Below, piece after piece: positions 13,001 to 25,700 of a stretch of 64,000 nucleotides of DNA. The first letter of the stretch is position 1; each line of letters begins with the position of its first letter. Under the pieces are notes generated by a model. The model saw nothing but the letters and a program-made list of their open reading frames with translations, was not told the DNA's origin and searched no databases. Both the position numbers and the translations under genes were made by a program. This DNA comes from Lytechinus pictus (lineage: Eukaryota), in contig NC_087245.1 of the NCBI RefSeq assembly GCF_037042905.1, positions 38,566,001 to 38,630,000 of the forward strand. The letters are read 5' to 3'.

Positions 13001-14433
13001 TCAATGAATACACGGTATCGGGTCCATGATGTATTGCTTGTACAAAAATGTTGTATAGAATCGAGGTCTTAATAGCTTCCGCCAAGGAATCTTCCTTCAA
13101 CTGCCATAAAACGAACACATTCATTACCCCGATCAATTGCATACCGGCTCCAATAAAAGGGTCATAAAAATGTCATTCCTTAACTACATTTAATACCCCT
13201 CATCTTTGCTGTCTTTTGTTCATAATTGTCTCAGCTAACAAAATGTGGAATGCAATCATTGATTGCTATTGTTTGACAAATATTAGAACCCCATATCGTG
13301 ATAATACACATGGCGATTACTATCAAAGCAGCACGATATGCAATATCGTGCAGCCTTACTCGATGTCTACAACAATTACTAAACATTAATGTTTTCAATG
13401 AAGTGTTACCACTCGCTACACAACTCGCAGAAAAACTTCAATGAATTATTTGTATCAAAGAAACGGAAGGCAGCTATAAGGCTGAAAATACACTTAAGAT
13501 TTTAGCACTCCGAAGATGCCTGACATTATTAAGATATACAACCAATTCAATATGCCTATCTAGAGATATCTATATCAAATGTACACATCAATGTGAATTA
13601 TTATCATTCAGTATCTCCATCAGCTGTCACATGTTCGTAACAATTTTTAATCAAATACAATTAGTGTTTTCAATATAAAAATTCCATAATATACAAATAA
13701 TCGGTGCAAAATCATACAAGCATTATTTATGGATACTGACTAGTTTGAATATACAAAAAGATAAATACATGATTGCAAACTTTCCCATCATATATGATTT
13801 CGCAGTCTTAATATAAAAATTTCATAAAGGGAGGGGGGGGGGTTCAAAAACTATTCTTAAATCTATGACAATATCATGAATACCTTGTATATGACGAGCC
13901 AAAAGTTTATAGTCCAAAAATGGAGCTATACTCTATGGTCCAACTCTATTCCTGAATTTTCAACAAATTATTACTATTCTATTACCAATTTCATTTTAAG
14001 ATTTTTAAATTTTGGCATTCCATATCTATCTAAGCAACCAGCGAAAGGTAGCGATCTTCATTCCTTAATAGAGTAATGTGTCAGCTGAGCGTTGGCGCCC
14101 TCTACGATCTCTACTGGCTTCCTTGAATCTGAGGGGTTTCGATCGATCGCAAGTACAAGAAAACACAATGAAGAGCACACGCAACTTGTAAATTCATACA
14201 TTTTTCAACAAAATGATTAACAAAATCTCACTATTACCCCCCCCCCCCGTCTTCCTTCATCCTTATCCTGAAATGAAACATGATTTTTGTGTGCGTTTTC
14301 TTCCCTAACATAAGACTTGAAAGAGGATGAGTAAGTCAAAAGGTGGATTCAGGTTGTCAGTAAATGAAGCCCAAACACCTCACCCAAATTCCCAACGCCT
14401 CCCAATTTAACAAGGTCATCACAGGTATGACCT

Positions 14434-14590
14434 GGGAGTAGTTCATCAACATTTGTTATCCCACAATTTGTCAGATCTGACATCTTTCCTTGTTTTTGAT
14501 TGGCCGAGGAGCACCGTTACTATGGAAACTGTCGGCTAAAACAGGATCCGTCTGATGAAAATCTGACAAGTCCTTGCACGAAATGCTCCC
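14434..14590 (+). mobile_element. CWG-flanked MITE; empty-site paralog of the 61022..61665 element
   Basis: Aligns with 61022..61110 plus 61612..61665. Confidence 0.75.
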
Positions 14591-15759
14591 AGAGGACAAA
14601 GAAGCCGTGGTAGAAGAGTGAGAAAAGCTAATGAAAATAATAAGTGTTCTACACATGAATTCATAAGCTAACAGGTAAATCCTCCTTTTAAATTGCTGTA
14701 ATCATAGCATACCCATCGTTAATGCCCATCATTAAATATATACCGGTTTACACCTGCATTTATAATCATGTTACATTTACTGTATTCATCATCACACTTC
14801 AACATCTTCAACATCAACTGTTTTCAATATAGGTGGATATTCAATGACGCTATTGCTTGTCTCCTTGATTTAATACCATACAATGTGGTGGAATCAAAAT
14901 TCTATATCATTTCATTGGGAGAATTTACCCAGCCATATCAGATCTTATATCAATCTTACAGACAACATGTGCGTAATGATATGATCTATTTCTCAATCTA
15001 CAATAAAACCAATTTACAATAAACTTTGAACGTAAATTACCTTTAGATTTACCGAATCCTAATACTGCTTTATTAACATGTATTGAAATAACTGAGTTAA
15101 TTTAGCCTTTTCAACATTCACCTACAAATAAGGACCTACAGCAGGGCCCCAATTCAATATTGAAAAAAAAAGGTTAATGCAATTTTCTACAAATATTTGC
15201 ATCTTAAAAAAAGAGACAGACGTTAGCATTGATAATCATCCTTTGGAATTTCATATTTACAAGTATCTAAAAATCACCACCTAACATTTACAGAAAGGGA
15301 AAAGAATGGTGTGCTGATAGAAAGGCCATGCTGCTTCATACTACAGTGAAACCAACAAATCGAACTCCAAACCAACCAATGATACGCCATTTGACGCTGA
15401 AGTTGAAGGGGAAGTTCACCCTGAAGAAAATTTTGTTGTAAAAATAGCAGAAAATATAATAACAAATATGGGTGAAGGTTTGAGGAAAATCCATTACAGA
15501 TTGAGAAAGTTATTAGAATTTGGAGTTTTGGATTTGTGACGTCATAAACGAGCAGCTGCCCCATATGTTATATAATATAAAATAAATTTAATTTCCTTAA
15601 TGGTTCCTGATGACTTGTGTTTTTTTTTTCATGATCAGGTGTGAAATGATTTGTCTAATGATATACAAAAGGTACAGTAGAAAACTGAGCATCATTCAAT
15701 GGCTGCCTAGCTTTTATCAGATATCATCATAAAATAAGAAATTTACCTACATTTCTCTC

Positions 15760-16040
15760 TAAGGGTGAGTTAATACATTACAGATGCTCTGTTTCTGTTG
15801 ACGCAACCCCCATAGGAACTCGGCAAAGCAGTTTCTGCCGCATCAACACCAACCAAGCTGGTATATAACCAATTACGTAAGAAACATCTTAAGTCTTGAT
15901 CAGTTGTAGTGGCTGACCTTTTAAAAGACAGAAATTAATCTTGGGCCTTTTTTTTAATAAAGTGAAGATAATGGCCGAGCGGGGATTTGAACTGACAACC
16001 TCACAATCATGAGTCTAATGCTTTTAACCATACCACACAA
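15760..16040 (-). mobile_element. Diverged tRNA-derived SINE, head-to-head with the 16050 copy
   Basis: The reverse strand reads tggtatggttaa...gttcaaatccccgctcggcc (A and B boxes). The 3' boundary is approximate. Confidence 0.55.
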
Positions 16041-16049
16041 CCCTGGCAT

Positions 16050-16330
16050 CATGGTGCAGTGTTTCTGACTCTTGTCTCTTAATCAGAGAGGGTCATGGGT
16101 TCAAATCATACTCCAGATGTAAATTTCCTTCAGCAAGAAATGTATCCATATCGTGCTGCACTCTACCCAGGTGAGGTAAATGGGGCATGCCAGTATTAAT
16201 TCCTTAAAACACACAAGCTTCTAAAGCCACTCAGCTCAAGCTGGGGTGAATGTGCTGCATTACTGTTGAGTGCTGAGAGACTTCTAATTTAGTAGTTGCT
16301 CACTTTATAAGCAATAAGTATAATTATTAC
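16050..16330 (+). mobile_element. Older, diverged copy of the same SINE family
   Basis: GGTTCAAATC B box and ttccttcagcaagaaatgtatcca...acccaggtgaggtaaatggg core. Confidence 0.8.
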
Positions 16331-18654
16331 ATAGTCTACTTAACAAGCTATGCTATATTTTCACCTTCACAGACTGTTATCGTGCAGTGGTATTTCTTTG
16401 ATAAATCATAATTTTGTCTGCTCGCATTTAGACAACGATACAACATCTTCGAAGAAAATAAAGGAAGCACTCATATTGCTACAAAATCTCACCCATAATC
16501 AAATATTTGACAGTAGGAAAACAGAAGGTATTCATACAAACATAGATTTACATGTTGATTACCAACATAATAGAGCTGCATATGAATTTCTCAATTTTGC
16601 AATTTATCAAGCAAAAATACACGAAGATAGCATACAAAGAGACAGTCATAAAACATGTTGAGAATAAAATTAAAGGCAACTGGTTGTATATTAGAGACAA
16701 TTCCTCCAATTAGGCTTTATACAAAATAAGAATTTTTGGTAAGGGAGATGGGACTATGGGGCTTTGTACATATTTTCATCATCATAATCAGTCATGCTTT
16801 CGCAGGGCATAACAACATCGATATATCCCTTTGGATTTTGAACATCAAAACAAATTATCATATCTCCTACAGCTTAAAAACAGTCCAAAAGTTGATGTAC
16901 AGGTGCAAGTATGCAGAACGTCATATACCAGTGCTTGATTTTGCCACTACAGGTTACGAGGGAAGATTCTCCTAAATAGTATCCAAAATTTGGTCCCCTC
17001 AATCTCATAAAAGTACCCAAAAGAGAAAATTTCCCCACCAAGATGGGAAGGCCTAGTAAGAGATAGCTGTACAGAGTATTTTTTTTTATCCTGAGGTAGA
17101 GATAAACATATCAAAATATGTGCATGTAATATCACATGACTTTCATTTATCTTTGCAAATACAGTGAAAACCTGAATGAACATTGACATTTCTATATTTT
17201 TCCTTAAATTGCATCAATGGCTAAACTTAAAAACTTCTATTTAGAATAAGTATGTTCATTTTTGTATCCAGATTCTTTACTAAATCCTGACCACGATTCA
17301 GTGAATAACATTTTCCCATAGAAAAGTTCCAGAAGAAACATTTAGTTACAATCTACGACGGAAGTGAAGAACTGAAGGGGGGGGGGGGGGTCAGAAAAAG
17401 GAAAGTCAGACTTGTAAGATCATTCATAATGCCTATGTGGCATTACATAAGTCTTGGTTTAAATTAAACTTGAGTTATGCTTGTACATATTACCAATTTA
17501 TGACAATGACAGTTTTAACCTGACTCACAGCACCCCGTCCAGCCATGAATACACAGAATTCAGATTGACACAATTGATCTGGTGTTACATGAAGTATATT
17601 GGGTGATTTCAAGTTTTGGTGTTTGGTGTTGGTCCTGACACACAATTCAGGTTGTGTTACCAAGCTTCAACACTGAATGCGAGTTAACATTTCAGTGTTA
17701 GTGAGTGTGTTAGTGTTGGAAGCCCAATTCAGATTGTGCTCCCTAGCTCAAACATTCATCCCAGGACAAGCATCCTTTTTTTTTTTAAAGTTTGGTGTGG
17801 TACTGATTTAAAAACCAGCCCAACTCCAACACCAATCTTGAAATCCCCAATCGATGATTGCAAGATGCAACAATATCAACAAGTCCTCAACATCAAGAGA
17901 TGCAGTTGGCAATCTAATCATAGAATTACCTGATGGATGATTCATAAAGTTGTTTGTAAGTTTCGAGCGACTTTACGAACGACTGGTGACCCGTCTTAGG
18001 AACTTAATCAAGGTCAATGAAAATCCTGTCTGTATCATTTACCACAAGAAAGGATCACCAGTCGTTCGTAAAGTCACTCGTAACTTAGAAACAGCTTTAT
18101 GAAACACCCCCTCGGGCTTCCTAACACAAAGCATAGCACTTGATCTTTGAACCAGGTTTTACAATTGACCACATTAACTGTTTTCTGAAATCATTTGTGT
18201 AAATCAACTGTAACATCAATCACTGCATTTTTGTGTTAATACGGACCCCAGAACTTCTGATAGGTTAGAGGCCAACACCAGTCCTAATATAAGTTATTCC
18301 TTAAAAGTAGAGTACTTCAATAGCTGTTATCAATCACGAGTTAACATGATTTTCACACTGGTTAAGTTTAAGGTAGCATGGTTACCTGCATAGAAAGGTC
18401 ACTTGTCTTTCCCCTATTCTTTGATCTTTCATATTCAGTTATACCATTGCAGTGGTCAACATAATGTAGGTTACCTACATTCATAAGTAAGAGGATACTC
18501 CTATTTGTCTTAACAGGAATGCTTCCCCATATGTGACCAGCCAACCCGAAACCACCAATGAGTCGCCAGGGGAGGTTTTCTGTAAAGAGCCAAAATTGTA
18601 ATTTGGCAGTTAAAAAGCAAAAATTTGAAAATTAGCTTATCAAAAGGGTTATTT

Positions 18655-18866
18655 TGGGTACCCGGTAGGATGCGAAAGATATTGTATGTTTGAATTTGCC
18701 AGCGCCATAATGAGGCTGCGATGAATGCAAGGAATGCTCCCCAGGGAGTGGAAATTGTGCACTTTTCGTGCGGGATTGAAATGAATGACCAGGGTAATAA
18801 TATGCTGTAAAGCGCTTTGAGCCATTCTGGGAAAAGCGCCATATAAAAATTGGCTATCATTATTGT
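18655..18866 (+). mobile_element. SINE 3' portion
   Basis: gggtacccggtagg core end, aagcgctttgag...aagcgccatataaa terminal hairpin and tat tail. Confidence 0.65.
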
Positions 18867-19519
18867 TTTTTAAATTTTATTTATGACACCATTATGGGCG
18901 ACTTATTGTTTATTTTGGGGTGGGTAGTGACATACACTATTTTGTTGAATGAACCTGACCATAAAAACAATGTTTCTTCAATTTCAATATAAATGCTCAT
19001 CAGCACTGGCCAAGCCACCCTTACGGTAACACGACATTTGCTCTTACGACAAATGCTCCTTCGCTTATTTCTCTGAAGATATAGGGGGAGGGTTAGAATT
19101 GTAAATGGCTTTTGGTTCAGAGTCATATGGGGATTGGGATGAAGGATAAGGTCTGAAGCTCAGGTTTATGATCGGCTTTAATGTGTGCATCTTCCAGTAG
19201 GAGCAATTGTCGCAGGAGCAAATGGCATGGAACCCCAACATGACGACCCCCTTTCCAATTAAGACCATCTTGGATTTTACTCTCCATACACTGGGCGTTC
19301 CCACGAACAGACATGTTAGAGAACAAACAATAGAAACCTGTCCATTAAACCGTGGCGAATCATTCTTTGAAGGGTGTAATGCACAGGTTTTCTATCGTTT
19401 TGCCCTCCATGTGACATCATCTGAAACTACTCTATAGGAGCATCGTCAGTACCAGAGACATCTACCAACCAGACCATCGTCATCTTTGGGAAGTCGTACT
19501 ACACAGGTTCAGCGGTCCC

Positions 19520-19713
19520 TCAAAATATAGTAGGAGAGTTGGAGTAGTTCCTGTCCCAGTAGTTACCCTTATAGAGCCAGTCCTGCTCCCCTGTCAAGCT
19601 GTTGACGTCAGCTCGGAACCAGACGGGGGACCAGGTGTCTTTGTTCTTGTTCCGTTGCTTCCGCCTCGCCCTCTGGTTCTCCTCCAGGCGATGCTTCTCA
19701 GAGGATGCGCCGT
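19520..19713 (-). CDS. OSBPL1A: OSBPL1A last coding exon ([13 protein letters not shown]...[19 protein letters not shown])
   Basis: ccatttcag acceptor, EKxRLEExQR motif, TGA at 19522..19520. Confidence 0.95.
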
Positions 19714-22700
19714 CTGAAATGGAACGGATGACAGGAGGAGCACCAAATCACTTTCAATGTTGCAAGGTTCAGAAGGATGCCACACTTGTGAACTACACAA
19801 TAGCATTATTTGGGCTGGCAACTTTATGTTAGTGAAAAAAAAAAATCCTCTCTCTCTTTTGGCAATGAGAGGCAATACTGTTGCTTAAGATCTAATTTTG
19901 AGAAAAAGTGGCATTTTCATGAAACCAAGACACCCCATCTCTTTAAATTGATCTCACTGACATTATTAAGTATCATGCAAAAGGATAGAAGGATGGGGGG
20001 AGAGAAAAGGCAAGAAGAAAATAACAGAAAAGTTGAAGAGAATGTACAAGAAATAGAGGACAAAAGTGTCAGTATGAGGTAGAAGTAGATAAGAGGAAGC
20101 GTAAGAATGAAAAGAGTAGATATAAGAGGGAGGATAATTAAGAAAGACTATAAATACTAAGCAGGAGAAAGGGAATCAAACATGTAAAACAAGGTGATAA
20201 ACCCCCACCCCAAAAGAAACAAAAATATGGCAAGGATATAAAAAGGTCAAAATCCCTCTAATCAAGGAGAGAAAGAGTAATGCTGCAGTCACATTTCCCT
20301 ACGGTGTCCGCACGGTGAGTGGAAAACAGCAATTTCACGGATGTCTATATGAACCGCATACAGGAAGCTGGTACAAAAATTATTAAAACGGCTGTTTTTC
20401 GACTTGCCGTATGGCCATAGTAAGTGAAATGTGACTGCGCCATTAATGAAGAGTTGATAGTTCTTACCTATATCACCGTTTTCTAGTAATCTGATGTCTG
20501 GTCTCAACCTGCTGTCTGTGCACGGTAGGGTTTGCTTCATACCATCGCTCAGTTCATTCAGCTTCATGGCAAACGATGTGAAGGAATAGTACTATAACAA
20601 AATAAGATGGTAAGTATATCATTATTTGGGTGAAGGTTGACAACATCTATTGAGCTGCAAGCATAGGTGGTTATATGCTTTATATCTCAAACAATTTAGC
20701 TAATGAAATGGGGGGGAAATAAGGCCATGGGCTGGATATCTTTGCTGGGCTATTAAAACCTTTTATCTCAAAAAAATGTTTGAAGAAAAAGGTGAGCACA
20801 GCTCAGGCAAAGCTTGATCATAAAGTTCCAATGTGGCAACCTTTTTTTTCCAGAGGAATTAAGAGACTGTTTCAGACAATACGAGGTTGTCTCCATTGTG
20901 ATTCAAGTATTTCTTACATATGGGCTTTTTCTGAGCTGCCTCAAAATTGTTACATTTTGAACTACAAGATTTTAACAGCCAAGCGACAAGAAAGTTTGGG
21001 GTTCAAATGTAGATACAGTCAAATCTGTCTTAGAGGTCACCTGTCTATGGCAAACACCTTCACTTTGCAGTCTTGGATGGTATTAAAAGGGAGTGAACTG
21101 TGTGTGGTCTCTCACTGACTGTGTTATAAATACAGTCTTAAAATATACATTTTCAGATATCTACTAATATCTACTAATACTACAGAGAATAAACTGACCT
21201 ATAATTGTATTTGTATAGAAAAACTAAAATGTTTTGAGAGTAAAAGTAATTGTTTTGCTACTTGGTAGCATAATTATTGCGGTATAAATGTAATGTCATT
21301 CAAGTGGGTCTATATTACTAGACTACATTGGCATTATGGGTCAGGAAACTGGCCAGATATGAGTAGTTGAGGACTCGAGATGGCGCTATTGGTTTGTATC
21401 TGCTTTAATAGACAGAGTTGACTCTATCTTAATGGACCAATGGTAGCCAGAGTAAACATTGAGGAATCAACTGCTATACGTACTTGTGATGATTCTTCAG
21501 GCCTTGTTAGGTTTTGCCATAAGATCTGAGAGTCTGTGTCTGGTCCATCACCAAGAGGATCGCTCCCTGCTCCTGGTGAACTCGGTGGACTCTGCTGTAA
21601 TAGTAAAGAGAGTGAGAGTGAGAGAGAGAGAGCAAGAGATAGAGAGAGTGCAAGAGAGAACACAAAGAAAACGCCATTAATTATAATGACATCTCATGAC
21701 TTTTTTGTGCATCACAGTTCTGACAAATTTGTAAAAAAAAAAAAGATCTAGTTTACAATTCCATTTATTTGTGTTTCCAATCAAAGTAATGAAAGCTTGA
21801 ATATTTTTCCTGCAGCAGATTTAAATTAATCAATTTAATCCTGTTAACGATCATGATGATAAATAAGGTGTAAAAATTGACTGATTGGAAAAATATCATA
21901 ATGCTGTAGCACATAAAACTTTTATTTGTACAAATAAAGCACGACACATAAATTGTTTTGATATAAGGTTACAAAACGGCATGGGATATTTCTTTTCAGA
22001 GACAGGAAGAGATCTACTTTTGAGATGCATTCTTGTTGAATCTATTACAATTACAGTCAGGGCTTGCTTCTGAATCCTTTTTAATTGAAACACGGGAAAC
22101 TTGAATAAATCATTGCATGATTCAAAAGTTTAAAGGTTAATCTTCCTTTACAAAACTAGGGACAGTGATTTTGTTCTGTTTCTGAAAAAAAAAAGTGATT
22201 TGTTTTCAAACTTGAACTAAAATGGAAATTCTGATTTGTCACAGAAAATCTGGACTGTAGAAACATAAATTCTGTTTTTCAAGTCAAGGGCCCGTATTCT
22301 GAAGTCGGGTTTAACTTTAAGTCAGGTTTAAAGTTGTGGTTTAAGTATGGACAGCCAATTGTTATATAAATCACCAACAGTAGAGATATAATATTTCACC
22401 TCATTTGGCTCTCAAATCATTCATAATTGTGTAGAAAGTATAATTAGATGATTGTCTTCACCATCAATGAATCAGGAAAAAGCACAGTAACCATAAGAAA
22501 CATACAACTTAATAAAAAAAATTGACACTTGGCTTCCCATAATTTTAGCACAGAGTTAGACCATGGTCTAAGTTAAAACCCGACTTCAGAATACGGGCCA
22601 TTGAGTTCTCACATAAGTAAAGAAACAAAACAGATCTTCTGTTTTGATTTACAGGTGAACAGAAAATCACTGTCCCTTCAAACCTTCATTTCTGTCTTAT

Positions 22701-25700
22701 ACTATATAATCTAATAACAACTAATGCATTTGCACTAGTCTATAAGCACAGACCTTGATCATTCTGATGGAAACTGAATCAACAAGTGGGTGTTGAGACA
22801 AGGCTAGCACAAACTCAACTTGTTTCAATATCAGCAGGGGACTTTCAATACATAAATCCTGGTCAGGGCATTTAGACTGCCAATTCACACATTCCCTAAA
22901 CAAAAATTTTGCCGGGCAAACTAGATCTGCCATGCCAATCTATCCAATAACTCCTCCCCCCCTCTTTTATTTGAAATCAAAACTTATTTTCCTAGATCGG
23001 CGCAGCCAACATATCCAAGATTTTTTTTTTCCTCTTTTAGTCACATCTTATTTCATTTTCTCTTTCCAAATACTCTCTTTTAACATACCCTATCTGATGC
23101 ACTCGCCCTCCCTTTCCTCTTCTTCTCTTCCTTTCTGCTTTCAGGCGAATCTTTTTGAACAGCGCACAGGTACTCTGTCCACTTCCCATAGAGATAGCAC
23201 AGCTTCTTTCCCCTGTTGAAGAAGAGAAGTCAACATAAGTATATGATCAACACAAGGGATTTTGGAGAAGTACAATATTTTTTGTTATGTATCAGTTTTT
23301 ATTTATTATTTTTTTTTTTTCAATGCCCATATTGTATAAGTTGAGATATTTAATTCATGTATATGTGAAGCGCATAGAGACCTTGTGTATTATGCGCTAT
23401 AGAAATGTAATTTTATTATTATTATTATTATAATGGCTAATTGTAGCAGAGCATTTTAAAACTGAACAAGATCTGAAAGTTATCATTTGTTTTATTCTCT
23501 AGATCTTGAGTATTTATCCGATCGTCGAAGAAAGCTCTGTCTTAATTTGTCCAAACATATACAAAACCCCAACCACAAACTTAACTGTCTCTTACCAGCA
23601 AAACGTGGAACCAGATACGCACTGAGAAAAACCAATGATCTTGACTTACCAAAGTGTAGAACCAATAGGTATAAAAATAGTTTTATTCCCTGGTGCTTAT
23701 ATAATTCGCAATGATAATTTCTGTTTTTTTTTCAAAATTCTGTTTTTGTCTGGACTGAGTTAATTGCATTATTATGGGCATGCAATTTAAGACAGTATTT
23801 CTTGATTTTATGTATGTTTGTGTATGTGTTTCTCTTTTTAAATGTATAATAATATTATAATTTCTTACTTTAGATGTTTTTAAGATACTCTTTAATATGA
23901 CGTTTATTCAACTTAAATATATAAATTATCAATCTTTGTAAGATATGAAATTTATAATTGTCAACTATTTTTATTTGTACATAATCCAAACTTGTATACG
24001 GTTGCAATAAAGATTGAATTGAATTTGAATCTCTTCCTTGTTCCCCGCCATTAAAATAGTTAATGAGGTGTCTGTACATGAAAGTATGTAAAGTAATCAA
24101 TCATAACAACAGATATTATTATTGGCTATTTCATGTTTTCACAGTATATTATTGTATTGCATAGTAATATAATGATATATTATTGTCTTGCAATTTACCA
24201 TCTTTGTAAGCTATTATGATGTAAATTTAAAGTGATTGCTAACCTAATGGGTTGCCAGGCCTGGTTATTATATTTTATGTTCTACATGATCTTTAATAAA
24301 GACATGATATACCACCACCAAAACAATGCACTTTCTTTACATTTGTTTGATTTATGTATCTGAATTAGTATATTGACCAATATGACATTGTTGGCGCCCA
24401 TATGGCCGAATTACAGATTGTCAAGTATAAATTGGATTCTATAAATTCAATAAAAACGTTTCTGTACACATGGCAAGTCATCGTGGAGAAGCATGTGCTA
24501 GATAGAAGGTTCTATCACATGCATATTTTTCATGATGAATAAAAAAATCTAAACAACACAAACTAAGCAATTATCTTAGCATCGGCTCCTGACATCCTAC
24601 AAGTAGCGATTGCTATCAATTACCTCATCAAATTACATGGATGTATTGACACCTACTTGACAAATAAAAAGTATGGAAGCTTGCTTACTGCTTGTCAGAG
24701 ATATGGCCTTCAATTTTGTGGAGATCTCGACCAAACCAGCCAGCCGGTTTGAAGTTGAGAACGCTCTTATGCCCCGTCTTGTGATTGATGATCTCTAGCG
24801 TGCCGTACTGCTCTATCCAGAGTCTACCCACGATGAGATTATGAACACACATTAGGACGTTATGAAAGGTGTAGGATTCACCGTGTCTGTCAACAAAGAA
24901 ACATGAAAAAGAAACGTCAGTAAGCTTTCAATGTGAACATGCCATTTTGTGATTGATGATCTCTTGCATGCCGTACTGCTCTATCCAGAGTCTACCCACA
25001 ATGAGATTATGAACACACATTAGGACGTTATGAAAGGTGTAGGATTCACCATGTCTGTCAACAAAGAAACATGAAAAAGAAACGTCGGTAAGCTTTCGAT
25101 GTGAACATGCCATTTTGTGAATGATGATCTCTAGCGTGCCGTACTGCTCTATCCAGAGTCTCTCCACGATGAGATTATGAACACACATTGGGACGTATGA
25201 AACATGAAGGATTCACTGTGTCTGTCAACAAAGAAACGTGAAAAGAAACATCAATTAACATTTCTATGTGAATAAGCCTGTGTAATCTGATAACAAAAAG
25301 AAAAGAAAATGTCAACAAAACAATCTACCTATTTTCAAATGCATTAGTTCCTGGGACTGTATATATTATTCCCTGGTATATCATTCCCTGGTAATGATTA
25401 CATGCCATTTCTGTAAAACACAAAATGAAATTCACAAAGAGTGAACTAATGTTACCAGGTTGAGGAGAGACTTAATATAAATGTCACATGGTAAAGGTGG
25501 TCTACATAATATAGATTTGACATGAGTCCTTCTACCCCACAACATCACTGTTGCTAAGCAACTAATGTGGTTTCAGAATCAATAAATCTAACACATATAG
25601 AACGCTCGTTCATTTAATTGGTGAAAATTGACATCACACTTTGCATCAGCTCTCCCAGACATAAACAAAGTGGTGAGAAGGAGTCCTATCCCATTTCAAG

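Noticed and set aside
1255..19713. Functional steroid/sterol gene cluster (PAQR next to OSBPL1A)
   Set aside because: Adjacency of two lipid-related genes alone is not evidence. Synteny and co-expression cannot be judged from this window.
24928..25188. 86-aa ORF as a separate gene or functional extra exons
   Set aside because: It is read-through of duplicated half-exons and intron sequence, with no consensus donor and a premature stop.
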